Under the pieces are notes generated by a model. That model was not told where the DNA came from, made no database searches, and saw only the letters and a list, made by a program, of their open reading frames with translations. This document shows positions 36,930 to 48,780 of a stretch of DNA of 64,000 nt, piece after piece. The stretch lies in assembly GCA_047495785.1 (NCBI GenBank), contig JBLDXI010000007.1, positions 1,674,001 to 1,738,000 of the forward strand, given 5' to 3'. The translations under genes and the position numbers were made by a program. The stretch comes from Lepidodermella squamata. Lineage: Eukaryota; Animalia; Gastrotricha. Each line of letters opens with the position of its first letter. The first letter of the stretch is position 1.

Positions 36930-39900
36930 TATTTGAGATGGATTGTTTTTGCATTTTAATTAACTCAGGCAACACTACGGTAGTATTTGAAATAAAAAAT
37001 TCCAGCGGCCGAAAACTCATTTTACATCCAGTTCAGTTGATATGACCCATTATAAGCTATGTATATGATATAAGTTTAACCGTGATATTTGTTTGCTAGA
37101 TCAGTAATGATTCGATTTTCTGTAACTTTCTTCATCATAAATGTGGTTGCTATCACCATCGCCAAATGCCAGTATTCCATTCAGTCGGATACTGTTGAGC
37201 TAAGTCCCCCTCCACGATGTCCAGAGCTCCCAAAGGTACTAACGCCCACAGATATAGACGGATTGGAAAGCGAAATGCGTTATTACTTGAACGATAATTT
37301 TGTGAAAATTATCGAGAAAAATCCCGGTGCAATCAATCTCAGGAATTCAAAAAACAAGACATTGCTCCGTGCCGCAGTTGAGAGGTCTTATGTAGATACG
37401 TTGGATTTACTACTGTCTTACAACCATACTGAACTCAATGAAGTTGACTCCTATGGTCGAACATTGCTGCACACTGCTGCCGAGGAATGTGAACCTGAGG
37501 TTATCGAGCGCCTTGTCCGAGCGATGGTCACAAAGTATCCTGACGACTATCAGAATATCATGAACCTTCGCTCAAGCTCATTGATGCAAGCTGCAGTCTC
37601 TGTTGCTGCCTCTAGTTATGACAAGACGGAAGATAACATTATCGCAGCCTTAGAGTCCCTCGTCAACATAGGAAATGCCAGCCTGGAGACTTGTACAATA
37701 CTCCGTGAATCTCCTGCGCTCATTCTACTCGAGAAGGATCGGTACAAAGCACTGGAATGGGTTTTAAAAACTCAACCACGGGTCAAGTCATTCGTTTGCC
37801 CCTATAATCAAAGAGGTTTAGCCTACGCTTGTCATACTACCACCTTGCACACTCCTGCCGAGAGCATCAGTCATTACGCCATTCGGAAAAACAAATTCGA
37901 GTTCTTCGAGAAGTTTCTCGATTTCTTGGATTTAACAGTTGAAGACTCGCTGGGACAAACTCCGCTGTGCTATGCTTGTCTTTTGGGAAACTTCACAATT
38001 TTGCGAAAAATCCTTGAAAATACTTCTGCGGTTGACCTGTTGAGCCGTTCAAAATGCCAGTTTCCAGGGCGAGAGGGCGATGAGTTTCAGCACTTGTGGG
38101 GGCCAGCGCTTCATTTGGCAGCTATCCATCGTAACACAGAAGCGGTGAAGCTTTTCATTGAAAAAGGAGTTGATGTAACAATCCGAAACTCGCTGGGAGG
38201 AACGGTGTTTCACTCCATGTCATTGTATGATGGTAGTTTGAGGAAGGATCTGATGAAATCAAGCCGAGATTTCGAGGACATGCTGCTTTTTGAAAGTGAT
38301 GCCGAATCTGAGGCTAAAATAATTGGCATGCTTCTGAGAAACGATCCATCCTTGATTCATCAAACTGACTTAGCCGCGATGACACCATACGACGTCGCCG
38401 AGGTCGCAATTTCTGATCGACATAAACCAAGCAGTTTTATGGAGGTTTTAGAATCTATCGGAGCAGCTAATCGATCTGTAAGCATTGAAAATTCAGAAGA
38501 ACATCCCATTTTCAGGGCAATCGATGAATTGTTGAGCGATAACTATTATCGCTTATGCGACGAGGCCGAAATGAATTTGACTGTGCTCGATTCCGAAGGA
38601 AGAACACCGCTATTTCGAGCGATTGACATCGGAAATGTTTACGCATTTAAAGAGATAATTTGGGCCGATAGAACGTCCAGAGTTGTCAGAGAAAAAATTG
38701 ATCCGTTCGATCAGACCCCACTTCATAGAGCGGTTTCTTTACAACGATGGGAAATGGCAAGGTATTTGGCCTATAGGTGGCCTGATCTCCTCCTAGAGCG
38801 AGATAGCTACAATCGGACTCCCATTCATTTCGCAATTCAATGCCAGGATACATTGGCTATGGAACAATTGCTGGGATACCTCGATATTAGGGTTGCCAGA
38901 AGTCTGGTTGCTGACAACACAACAAAAACTTTGCTTTCTCTTGCCGTGGAGCACAACTGCTTTTCGGCTGCTGAACTCCTGATTTCGAAGTACGAAGCAG
39001 ATCCGTATGCAACAGATGCATCCGATGGCCTGTCGCCAATAGATCGTGCAAAATCTTTAGGCTTTCGTGGCATCGCGGATTTGATGACGAGCAAGATGAA
39101 GTGCAAGACTGCAAATTACTGCAAAGTACCGCTGCAAAACTTGGGAATGACATCCCACTTCATTGTTACAGTTAGACCCGGAGAAAGGTTGCCGATAAAT
39201 GCGACGCTAACCATTCACTGGTCACCCGTAATCCTAACAAAGATTGAAGTTATGAAAACTACCTGTGTGAAGGAGCATGGTAAGTGCCCGGAGTGGATTC
39301 CGAATCCTAGAAAACGTTATGAGGTAAGAACGATTTTCCTATTAGTAAAGCGCTGAAAGCGACCTCATTACAATGTAGGATCTTACGGGAAAAGAGTTGC
39401 AAAACGCTTACATGAGTCTAAGCGACGCTGCTGCAAATGCTGACTTGCTACAGGCCAGAGATCTTATCGATAAAATAGGGATGGCGACTAACGGGAGGAT
39501 GAATTTAGCTCAGTGGCGCGATGAGAGAGAATTCAGCGATGGATTTTTTGACGCCGTTAAAACGCCGTCAATCTTTCAGCGTTTGTGTCACAGCCAGGAG
39601 GATGAGATTTTACGAATTGAGATTGCTAAGCTGTTGTTCGCGAATGGAGTCACGCTATCAGACGATGAGTACTTCTCCCCCACTCTTACAGCCTTCCGCA
39701 AGAAAAGCTATGAACTGGTAAAATTTTTTGTTAGACGAGGAGAAAATGTCACCACGGAAAGGTTTAGCCGCGAGATAAGTCAAATGAAAATCGAAGACAT
39801 TGACGTTTTGGAGTTTCTTCTAAATAATGGTCTCGACCTATCAAACCGGGATGTATTAGAAAACCAGCTTCGATTTGGTCGATTGGACGCTGTGAGATAT

Positions 39901-40270
39901 CTGGTCGAACACGGCTTGTTCCTAATTCGAGACTCTGATTTAGAAACAGCTATCGATGGTCAAGGGCATAACTACCATGCGAAGCTTCTCGAATATCTAC
40001 TCGACCAAGGGGCAAATGTCACATGGCGGAGTGCTAGAGGAACTCCCCTAGCTATACAGTGTGATTCAAAAAGGCCGCCCGACCGCATCATTTGCAGCGC
40101 GAGCCTAACCTAACGCGTGCAAAAAATTTGGCTTAAAACGCAGTAAACAGAGTTTTTCTTTCGCGAGTGATAGGCAAGAAGTGTTGGAGCTGCTCATTAA
40201 TTTTATCACTATTTATTGCTTTCTATTTTTTAATCCCAAGTTATAGCGCCGCTCAAGAATAAAAGAAACA

Positions 40271-40851
40271 TTAAGCCGCTGGATTATCCTCATCCATTTG
40301 TTCTCCTTCTTCTTCTCCCGTTTCAGCTTGTTTATTCTTTTTGGCTTGATTTTTCTTAGGGGCCGCTTGCTGTTTCTTAGCAGCGCCATTTGTGGCTTGC
40401 TTGTTGACAGCCTCGTCCGATTCCTCATCACCCTCAGCTGATGCAGCCTCCTGACCCCTTTTGCGATTTTGGGTTTTCGATTGGTGCGAACGCCAGAGCT
40501 CAGTAGCAGCTCTCGATTTCGCCTCGGCAACCCGCGTCTTGTAGAGGCGTACACATTTTTGTGTTATAGCAGTAATAGACCTGTTGAGGCGGTCGCAAAG
40601 CATCGGATAGTAATTGTTAATGTAATTGCCAACGACCGTCTCGTTCGGTGGCACTCCGACTTCAATCGCGGCTTCAACAATAGCCTCGATAGCAGCTACT
40701 TGATCCGAATTCCATTTGCTCTTTACACCATCAACTTTAAACAATGTGTTTATCGTTATATTCGTCAATAAATAATATAATATAAATTCTCACATAATTT
40801 CGCACGTTGCTTGGCATTCAACTTAGGCAATGGTGGAAAATCGGCAGACAT
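40271..40851 (-). CDS. Transposon passenger gene (173 aa): Myb/SANT-like helical domain with basic/acidic tail
   Basis: Exon 40851-40794, GTGAG..AAAG intron 40793-40735, exon 40734-40271. Gives MSADFPPLPKLNAKQRAKLFDGVKSKWNSDQVAAIE...NRSITAITQKCVRLYK. The domain call is by eye. Confidence 0.65.
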
Positions 40852-41113
40852 TTTGCAATAATTTTTCAATACGTGAGTTATAATGTGCGCTAGCTTTTTT
40901 ATTTTTTGAATATTTGCGATATTTTCTAGCTTTTTGATGCGGACGCGTGTGTGTGTTTTTTTCATGAATGAGTGTAAACGTAAATCGCTGTGATTCTCTT
41001 GATCGGCATGATCGGGGTGATGCTCTTGTTGAGCTGACTTGGCAAAAAAACGCTGGAATAATAATAACACTCGCATTTTTATTTTTCTCGCTACTCACTA
41101 CTCATAGGTAAAG

Positions 41114-42347
41114 TTAAAGTAGATGCTCAAAATGACCTCCTTTGGCCTTAACGCAGGCTTCCAGTCGTTTCTTCCAATGGAGCCTCACCTTTTGAAAAGT
41201 TGATTTTTTGATACAACTGCACGCCGCTTCGATTCGCAGCTTTAACTCGGAAATTGATTCAATTTTCGGCTTTTTAGGATCGTAAATTTTGTTTTTTAGA
41301 AATGCCCAGAGAAAAAAGTCGGGCGGCGATAAATCGGGTGACCTGGCTGGCCAGAAATGACGCTCCTTGTCGTCTTTAGTGCATCTTCCAATCCAGCGAC
41401 CATTGAATCTGCGATTTAGCCATTTTCGAACGTCACAATCAAAGTGGGCCGGAGCACCGTCCTGCTGGAAAATGATCTTGCTTCTAACAAACCATTGATT
41501 GTAACGACCTGGCGGATGAAGGGGAACTTGATTGTTCAGCGCCGGCATCACCTTAGTTTGAAGCAAATCGAGGTATGTTTTCCCATTGACGGTTATCTTC
41601 TCATCGTTTTCATCCGTGAAATAAAAGGGCCCGATCAGTTTGTTATTCAAAATTCCGCACCAGACCATCAAGGATTTCGCGCTTTGGTCTTTGATAGCAA
41701 CTGCCGTGTCGCGGCGATTTTCCTTTCTGCTTCCTTTTTTTGGTTTGATGAGCCACATTCTATTATTCTGCCTGTTGAAAAGGTTTGCAGTTGAAAACAT
41801 ACACTCATCTGTTGTTAAAATTTTCCGGAAAAAGTTTTTGTCCTCGCGTAGCATTTTCAACAACCATTTGCAGAACATTAGTCGGCGCTTAAAATCTCTC
41901 GGCAGCAAGACTTGAGTTGGAACTAGGCGATACGGATGAAGCTTCATGGCTTTCAACAACCGTTGCAGCGTTGAATACGTCAGATCCAGTTCTGGACACG
42001 AAGCACGAAGGCTGGCGAACGGGTGCTTCTCGAAATAATTCAACACCTTCTTTTTCAAACCTTTGATCTTCTTCACAATTGGAGTGCGACCTGGAATAGG
42101 TCTATTCAAACAGGAGGCTAAACGTAAGACCTTATTGACGCAAATTTTCAGATAATAACAGATAAAACTCACAGGTGGCCATGAACTTGGCATATAGGCG
42201 TTGGATGGTACGACGGTCAGGCTCTCGGCCTAACTCAGGGTAACGTTTCCTAAATTCCATTCTAGTACCCCTCCAGTCTTTGATTTTGTCATAGATCAGC
42301 ACGATATCGCGCCTTTGCTCCTTCGAATAATTCGCTCTCTTGACCAT
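41114..42347 (-). CDS. DDD transposase, DD41D/rosa-like with DD46D spacing; 2 exons, 392 aa
   Basis: HTH N-terminus YSKEQRRDIV. Intron 42172-42118 yields FMATSSCLNRPIPGRTP. Catalytic motifs TTDECMF, QQDGAPAH, WIGR..WPARSPDLSPPDFFLW. C-terminus GGHFEHLL. Confidence 0.92.
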
Positions 42348-44302
42348 ATTATTTTACTTGAAAACTTGACAATTCGATATTATACTTTTGTGATTATGCG
42401 TGCTTGTTGTGATTTTCCTATTTTTCCTATTTTTTTTGAGTTGTTTATCTTCGACATAATAAAGCCACGCGATTTTTATGAGGCAAAAAATTCTACGACG
42501 CAGAGCCCTGACGATGGGTTGGGCGGCCTTTTAGAATCACACTGTACTTGCATGTTACAAGAATTGCGGCCTATCGTTTATGCAGTTATTGGAAAGTCGC
42601 GGCGTTGATCTTATGAATGTGCGCAATTCCGGAGGCACAGATTTACTGGCATACGGTGGGGTAGATCTTGTTTCTTACCTCATTAGTAAAGGAGCAGATG
42701 TTAATCGCGCAAATGATTTCGGTATGACTGCAGTAATGCATGCCGCTTCGTTCAACATAATGCAACTCGTGAAGCTGCTAATAAAACATGGTGCTGTTCT
42801 AAACCACAGAAATGCCGATGGAAATTCAGCTTTAATGATAGCAGCTAGAGATGGGGCGGTCGAAATGACTAGGCTGCTTCTGGACAATGGCGCCAGCGAG
42901 TTGGACGAAGCTCTCAATCTCGCAGCCCGTTACAAGGAACGTCTCACAGCTAAGCTGATGATCCACAGAGGAGCAAGGAAGGATTCCTGCACTGACGAAT
43001 TTTGCTCTACCATTTGATCGGCGAGTCATCTTGCTTTTCAAATCTCCTACATGAACTCAGTATTATCTATTATCGATGAATGATGAAAATAGGATATTTC
43101 AGCCACACCACGAGAAAAGAGCTCATATATTGAATTTTCGTTTTTTTCTAATATTGCACCCACCTGTTCGCTATTTTGCAACTAGACCTACCTGGTTTCC
43201 AGCAAGTTTTTTCTTTCCTCAGCAAATTTTCTCGCTTTCCCATTTCCCAGTAAAACTTCTTTCATCAGGAATGGGGTCTTTTTACCAGTTAATTTACTTG
43301 CTTTGTCAGTAATTTTAAAACAACTCGCAGAATTACAAAAATATGTCCAAAATTGTTGGCCGCTTTCCTTGTTCCCGAAAATGTTTGTATAAGTACCTCT
43401 TTTAAAAGAAAAAAATCAAGAGGTAAAAAGTTTGAAAATCAAGTCCGCTTGGTCAGTTATTTCGGTTTCAGAAAAAATTGCTGTTGGAGCGCTTTGGCAA
43501 GCCCACATCCGACTGCATGAATACGCGCAAACCCAGGTGACAACCCGAGTGCGGCGCAGAAAACAAGTAGGCTAGTGTATTGCTGCAGGCGCGCTTACCT
43601 CGGCCGGGTTCGGGCATCGGCATTGTATCCGAGTGCGGAGAGCAAAGATAACAAGCGCGGTTATCGAGGTCCACACCGCGGGTTCAGGAGGTCATGGGCC
43701 CTGAGTCCATACTAGAAAAAAACACGAGAAAAGTAGTACTTGATAAAACTCTCTTCGTTCGGGTCTTGAGATATTAGGAGCAAGAGCCCATAGCCCAGAC
43801 ACTTCCCAGGCAGAAATAATAGGGCAAAAAGCTGTAAGACTAGCACGTGGCATAATTTCTTGTTCCCAAAATATTGACCGAAAAAATCTGGTCGTTTTCA
43901 ATTACTCTATTAAACAGGCTCCATCGCGCGATTTTCTCGGTCAAATCGGTAAAAGCGACGCGCTATTTTTGAATAACCTTGTTACTAGGTCAAACTTGTT
44001 AACAGCCTTGGACGACATTGTGACAAGGGGAAAGCTGAAAGAGATATGCGCTTGATAACCCGGATTATTTGAGCCCTCAGCAGGCTAAATTTATTGTGAT
44101 TTCAGTCGTACGGGGGTGGTGTTTGGACGTTCCTCGCGATGCAGACTAATTAAAGATTACAGAAACATCAGCGATGTGATAAATGGGCAATCACAGAACA
44201 GAACACGTCGTCCACGTCGCACTTTAGGGTTCACAAAGCTGTATAATTACCTCAAACGCAAGATGTCAAAGATGAGGTGGTAATTCTCAGTTATATGAAA
44301 TT

Positions 44303-45561
44303 ATGTCTGCGACGTTTCAGCAAAATTGCGAAGTATTTTTTTGCCATGATCTCTTTTCATACAAAATCCATATCTCTTCAACAGATCTGTGGTAGGGTTG
44401 CCAATGAAGTTCGTCTGGGTATTGTCATGTGTGATCCTTGCAAGGTTAAGTTCGGAAATTCATAGACTCAACAAATGCGTTTTCGTTTTCATACCAGAAG
44501 TTTTACTACCGAGCTAAACAACGTGCGTACTCTTGCTGGTGGGGGAGGGGGAGCTGCACAATAGAAGTGAACTCCAAGTCGAAGCTGTGCTCTGCTTGCC
44601 GCTATAAAAAATGCGAAGCTCTGATTGAGACCGCGAGGCAGAAGCATTGCACGCCAAGAAAGAAAACTGCCATCATAGATCAGCCCATAGAACTTACTCT
44701 AGTTGAGAAAGAGCACGATCTCCGTTCGATAGTCAAGGCTTACTCATCATTGAATCAACTACTAGAAATCGTAAGTTCTCCTTAAATGCCATTGCAATTC
44801 AATTTGAGGCTTAATAACAGGCTGAGGAGATGAGAAAAGCGGACGTTACATTTCATGGTCTAGAAGTGATGGTCAGCTGGTCATGCGAATATCTTATGCG
44901 TAGGTATTCTCTGGTAACCAGCCAATTCGTTCGAGCATTACCTAGGTATTCGAATTTCAATATTCATGAAGTATGCCAATCGTTCAGTAAATCCTTCATG
45001 GCTATCACAATGCTGAAGTTTTTGGATGCGGGCGAGGAAGGCTTATACGGTCTGAGTCAGCATCTGCAAGCAAAAATCGTTCAGTTATTCCCATTCTCGA
45101 TTGTAAGTTATTTTTATAACTTCAATCGAGTTTTTACAAACTGATGTGCTAATGACTGATGATAGCTGACGATCGAAGACTTGGAGGATCTTCATAGCCG
45201 GTTTAAAGAGTTGGGCCCACTCTCACAAGCTGACATGGCATTGCTCTGTGCTTTCGTTTTTCTTAACGGTAAGATTACAGGAAGTTAAATAGCTATTACA
45301 TGTTCTCTTCCTCCAGATCTAGGTGGTGCGGACCGAAATAGAGTTATCACGGAGGGATATTTGTCTATAACGCTGGGGAGCAATGAAAAGGCTAAGCTGG
45401 CCCTTATGTTAGCTGATCAGCTCAAACTAGCCATGGCTCGCCATTTTCAGCGCATATTAACGTTTGTGGACTCAAGTGTTCTGCAGCGCCGAGCCAATAC
45501 GATTTCCAAAGATATATTGTCCTATTTTTCCTTTGACAGGACTGAACAGAATAACACTTAA
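44303..45561 (+). CDS. Divergent nuclear hormone receptor, copy A (multi-exon)
   Basis: Spliced C4 zinc fingers CE/ICGRVANEVRLGIVMCDPCK/KFYYRAKQRAYSCWWGRGSC...LCSACRYKKC, followed by a short helical LBD-like region. Confidence 0.8.
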
Positions 45562-45779
45562 GCACTTGAGTAAACTAATCAATCGTTCTCTATAGTCGGC
45601 TATCTATAGTCATATATTCGTGTTGACACTGTTGTTGGTAGCTAAATTCCTAGCGGAACGCGCCCATTTTCGACAAATTACTAAACACTGTTGGCTCAAG
45701 CTGCAATTAAATTTACTGTAATTCAGAAATTTACGCCAAGTAAATTTATTAATTAGTGTTGATCGTTTCGAAATGATAA

Positions 45780-46195
45780 CTTGGAATGCATCAAGGCACT
45801 CAGTCTTCTTCGAGAATGAGAGTTCCGTTAGGATAACGTGCATTATCAGCCGATTCGGGCGGCCGTTGAGGAAACAAGGCTGTGAGCGAGTAAATAATTG
45901 ATAAGATGTAACCAAACAGAAATACTCGGTCGAGAACCATTGAAATCATGCGCCAGACTTCAGCACTCCGCCTATGCGTATCCTTATCAGCCATTTTTGC
46001 AATGAAGCGAGCAAGCATCTCGCGGATTGTCATGATTTCAACCCGAATCGCTAGCGCATACTGCTCTGGGTCGGCGCTATAGCCTTTCGCCGATGAGATC
46101 GCTCACTCTGCTGCAGCACAGCAGGTGCGGATCGGGCTGATCCTAAGATTTCTCCAGAATTCTGAGCCGACAGCGCCAGAGTGAAGCACGGAGTC
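45780..46195 (-). pseudogene. Duplicated 3' exon fragment of the nAChR gene (MA helix and M4) with deletions
   Basis: Near-identical to about 48770-49205 but lacks 13 nt (gtaatgagcggcc) and a second block. Confidence 0.85.
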
Positions 46196-47266
46196 CAGGA
46201 GAACAGGACTCGCGCAAAGCTGAAGCCAGCTGCGTCAATAATAATTTGTTTACACCAAGCCTTAATTGGAAAATTAGTATAGTCCTATTTGCTCGATATC
46301 GGAGTATCAGCCACTCCCCTTTGCATTCAAATTAGGTCGCGCTTTTCGTTACATGCCTGGGTTGTGATTGACCCATGCGCAGTGTCAAATAGGCATTGTT
46401 CATATTTCAAATTCGTTATATTTCAGTGTGCACGTTTGAGAGCCGTCAGAGCGGAGTGGTATAGCGCCGAGAGCACCGTCACCCAAACACGTACTACTAC
46501 GACAATTATTGTACTAAATTCAACAATTATAGGGATTGAGTTTAGGATAGTAATTGAATTTGAAATAAGTTCAATAGGTATAGCGTATCCCATGCGTATC
46601 CCCTTTTCCTCAATACGTCTTCTACCTCCTCCCAAGTTCCTTGCTGAGTAGCCTGAGCGAATTCGTATTATTATCGCGGTGACGGCAAACAGAACTAGCT
46701 TCTTTGAGGACTATTCCGTTTGAATACTATTAATGAAAATGTCCCTCGTGGGCGGTATTTGGGCATGCCTCGCTAGACAGGCGCCCGGCTATCTTGCGGT
46801 AAAATCAGTGAAGTGATAAATGGGCAATCACAAATCACAAAAACGAAACACTCTGCCTGTTGCCTACAGTGTCCTCTTCGAGCTTCGTAGTTCACAAATG
46901 TTAAATGTCTAAAATGTGAGCGTATCTGTCTTAGCTAATTACTCAGTCGTTCCAATCGGTTAACAGATCGGCACAGATAATTCCTGTCGCCTGACGGAAT
47001 TCGGGTGAAAAGATTGGACCTGAATTCAATTCATTTTGCAGGAGACGCGAGGGCTTGATTGCCTGCCTAGGCATGATTTTCTGTACTTTCTGAATACCGG
47101 GAACCCGTAATTTCATGGACCGTAAAAGCGTTTTTATGAGATTTAAGCCTTCTTTCAAACAGTCATAAATAAGGAATTTTTGTAAGCTTGGAATCAATAA
47201 TAGAGGCCTTAGTTCATGCCTTTCCCCCTTTTGATGAAGCGAGAAGGCGTTAGAAATATTTGAATT

Positions 47267-48545
47267 ATGCCTACAACCATCAAACAGGAGTGCGAAGTAA
47301 GTTCTTTGAGGCTGTCCGGTTTCCACATGTGGATTTCCGATTCCTTTCACAGATATGTGGTAGAGTGGCCAATGCTGTTCGACTAGGTATTGTCATGTGC
47401 GACCCTTGCAAGGTAAAAGGAAATACTTATTTTCACCCGGATCGGATTTTTCGTTTTCCGTTGCAGAAATTTTATTATCAAGCTAAAAAACGTGAATACC
47501 ACTGCTGGTGGGGGAAAGGAAATTGCAAAACAGATGTTAAGTCGAAGTCAAAGTTGTGCTCTGCTTGTCGCTATAAAAAATGTGAAGCACTTATAGAAGC
47601 CGCGAGGCAGAAACATTGTTCCCCAAGAAAGAACCCAGCCGTTATTGATCAACCAATACAACATGCCTTAGTTAAGAAAGAGCATGATCTTCTTTCGACA
47701 GTCAACGCTTACTCAATCTTGGATAAATTACTGGAAATCGTAGGTTTTACTGACATTTTATTGCAAGTAAATTCCAAGAACTTGTTAACAGGCAAAGGAG
47801 ATGGGAAAAGCGGGTGAGGCATTACATAGCCGGGAGGAACTCATCGGCTGGGCAAGGGAATATCGTACCCGTCGGTTTTCCTTGGTAACCAGCCATTTCG
47901 TTCGCTCGTTATCTGGATATTCAAATCTCACCATTCATGAAAGATGCCAATCTTTCAGCAAATCATTTATGCCTATTGCAATGCTGAAATTTTTGGATGC
48001 GGGGGACGGCACTTACGGTCTTTTCTTCTACGGTCTAAGTCAGCATCCGCAAGCAAAACTGATTCAATTGTTTCCGTTCATAATTGTAAGCTTTTTATAT
48101 TATTTAAAACACAATTGTCATCAGACAGCCCATGCAAGATGGCAATCGAAGATTTAGAAAATATTCATAGCCGATTCAAAGAGCTGGGCCCACTCACAAC
48201 AGCTGGCATGGCATTGCTCTGTGCATACGTCTTTTTTAGCGGTAAGTTGTTGCTGAAACCTTGGAAATCCCATGATCTCTTCTTATAGATTCAGGCGATG
48301 CAGGGCGATATAGGATGGCAGCGGAGGAATATTTGGTTATTTCGTTGGGGAGCAAGGAAAAGGCAAAATTGGCTCTTATGCTAGCTGATCAACTCAAACT
48401 AGCCATGGGGCGCCATTTTCAGCGGATAGTCACGCTTGTGGACTCGAACGCGTTACTGCACCGATCCGATCCAATTTCCCGAGAGATATTTTCGCAATTT
48501 TTCTGTAACAAAATGAGACCAGAGCATAACAGTGTTGATAAATGA
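47267..48545 (+). CDS. Divergent nuclear hormone receptor, copy B (multi-exon)
   Basis: MPTTIKQECE/ICGRVANAVRLGIVMCDPCK/KFYYQAKKREYHCWWGKGNC...LCSACRYKKC. Same exon layout as copy A. Confidence 0.8.
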
Positions 48546-48780
48546 CGTTTCTCCTTATATTGACGTCAAGACATGCATCAAAGTGGATGTCTGTATGTCG
48601 CTAAAATACCCAGCAAAATTAATCAAAAGCGACTATTTCCAGGTAGCTAATTCGGGTTACTAAGTTAGTCGATTCGAGCTGCGGTAATTTCAAGATAAAC
48701 TTGTGGTGAACGATAAGTAAATTTATTATTTTATTAACGTCAGCTTCGATAGTTCATGATTACTTATGGAATGCATCAAG

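Larger units (their letters stand above)
40057..42544 (-). mobile_element. Autonomous-looking Tc1/mariner DNA transposon (2488 bp), TA TSD, two genes
   Basis: TA|cagtgtgattcaaaaaggccgccc ... gggcggccttttagaatcacactg|TA. Encodes an uninterrupted transposase and a second gene. Confidence 0.95.
37107..43017 (+). pseudogene. Paralogous signal-peptide ankyrin-repeat gene disrupted by the Tc1/mariner insertion
   Basis: Colinear with the upstream paralogue. Intron 39324-39378. Removing 40057-42546 restores GTPLAILACYKNCGLSFMQLLESRGVDL, matching GVPLSILAV..FQLLSKRGVDL. Confidence 0.85.

Noticed and set aside
43468-43700. GC-rich patch with short ORFs
   Set aside because: No recognisable protein or RNA motif; probably a repeat relic.
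45800-46033. Alternative last exon of the nAChR gene
   Set aside because: A 13-nt deletion upstream breaks the frame and the original acceptor region is missing.
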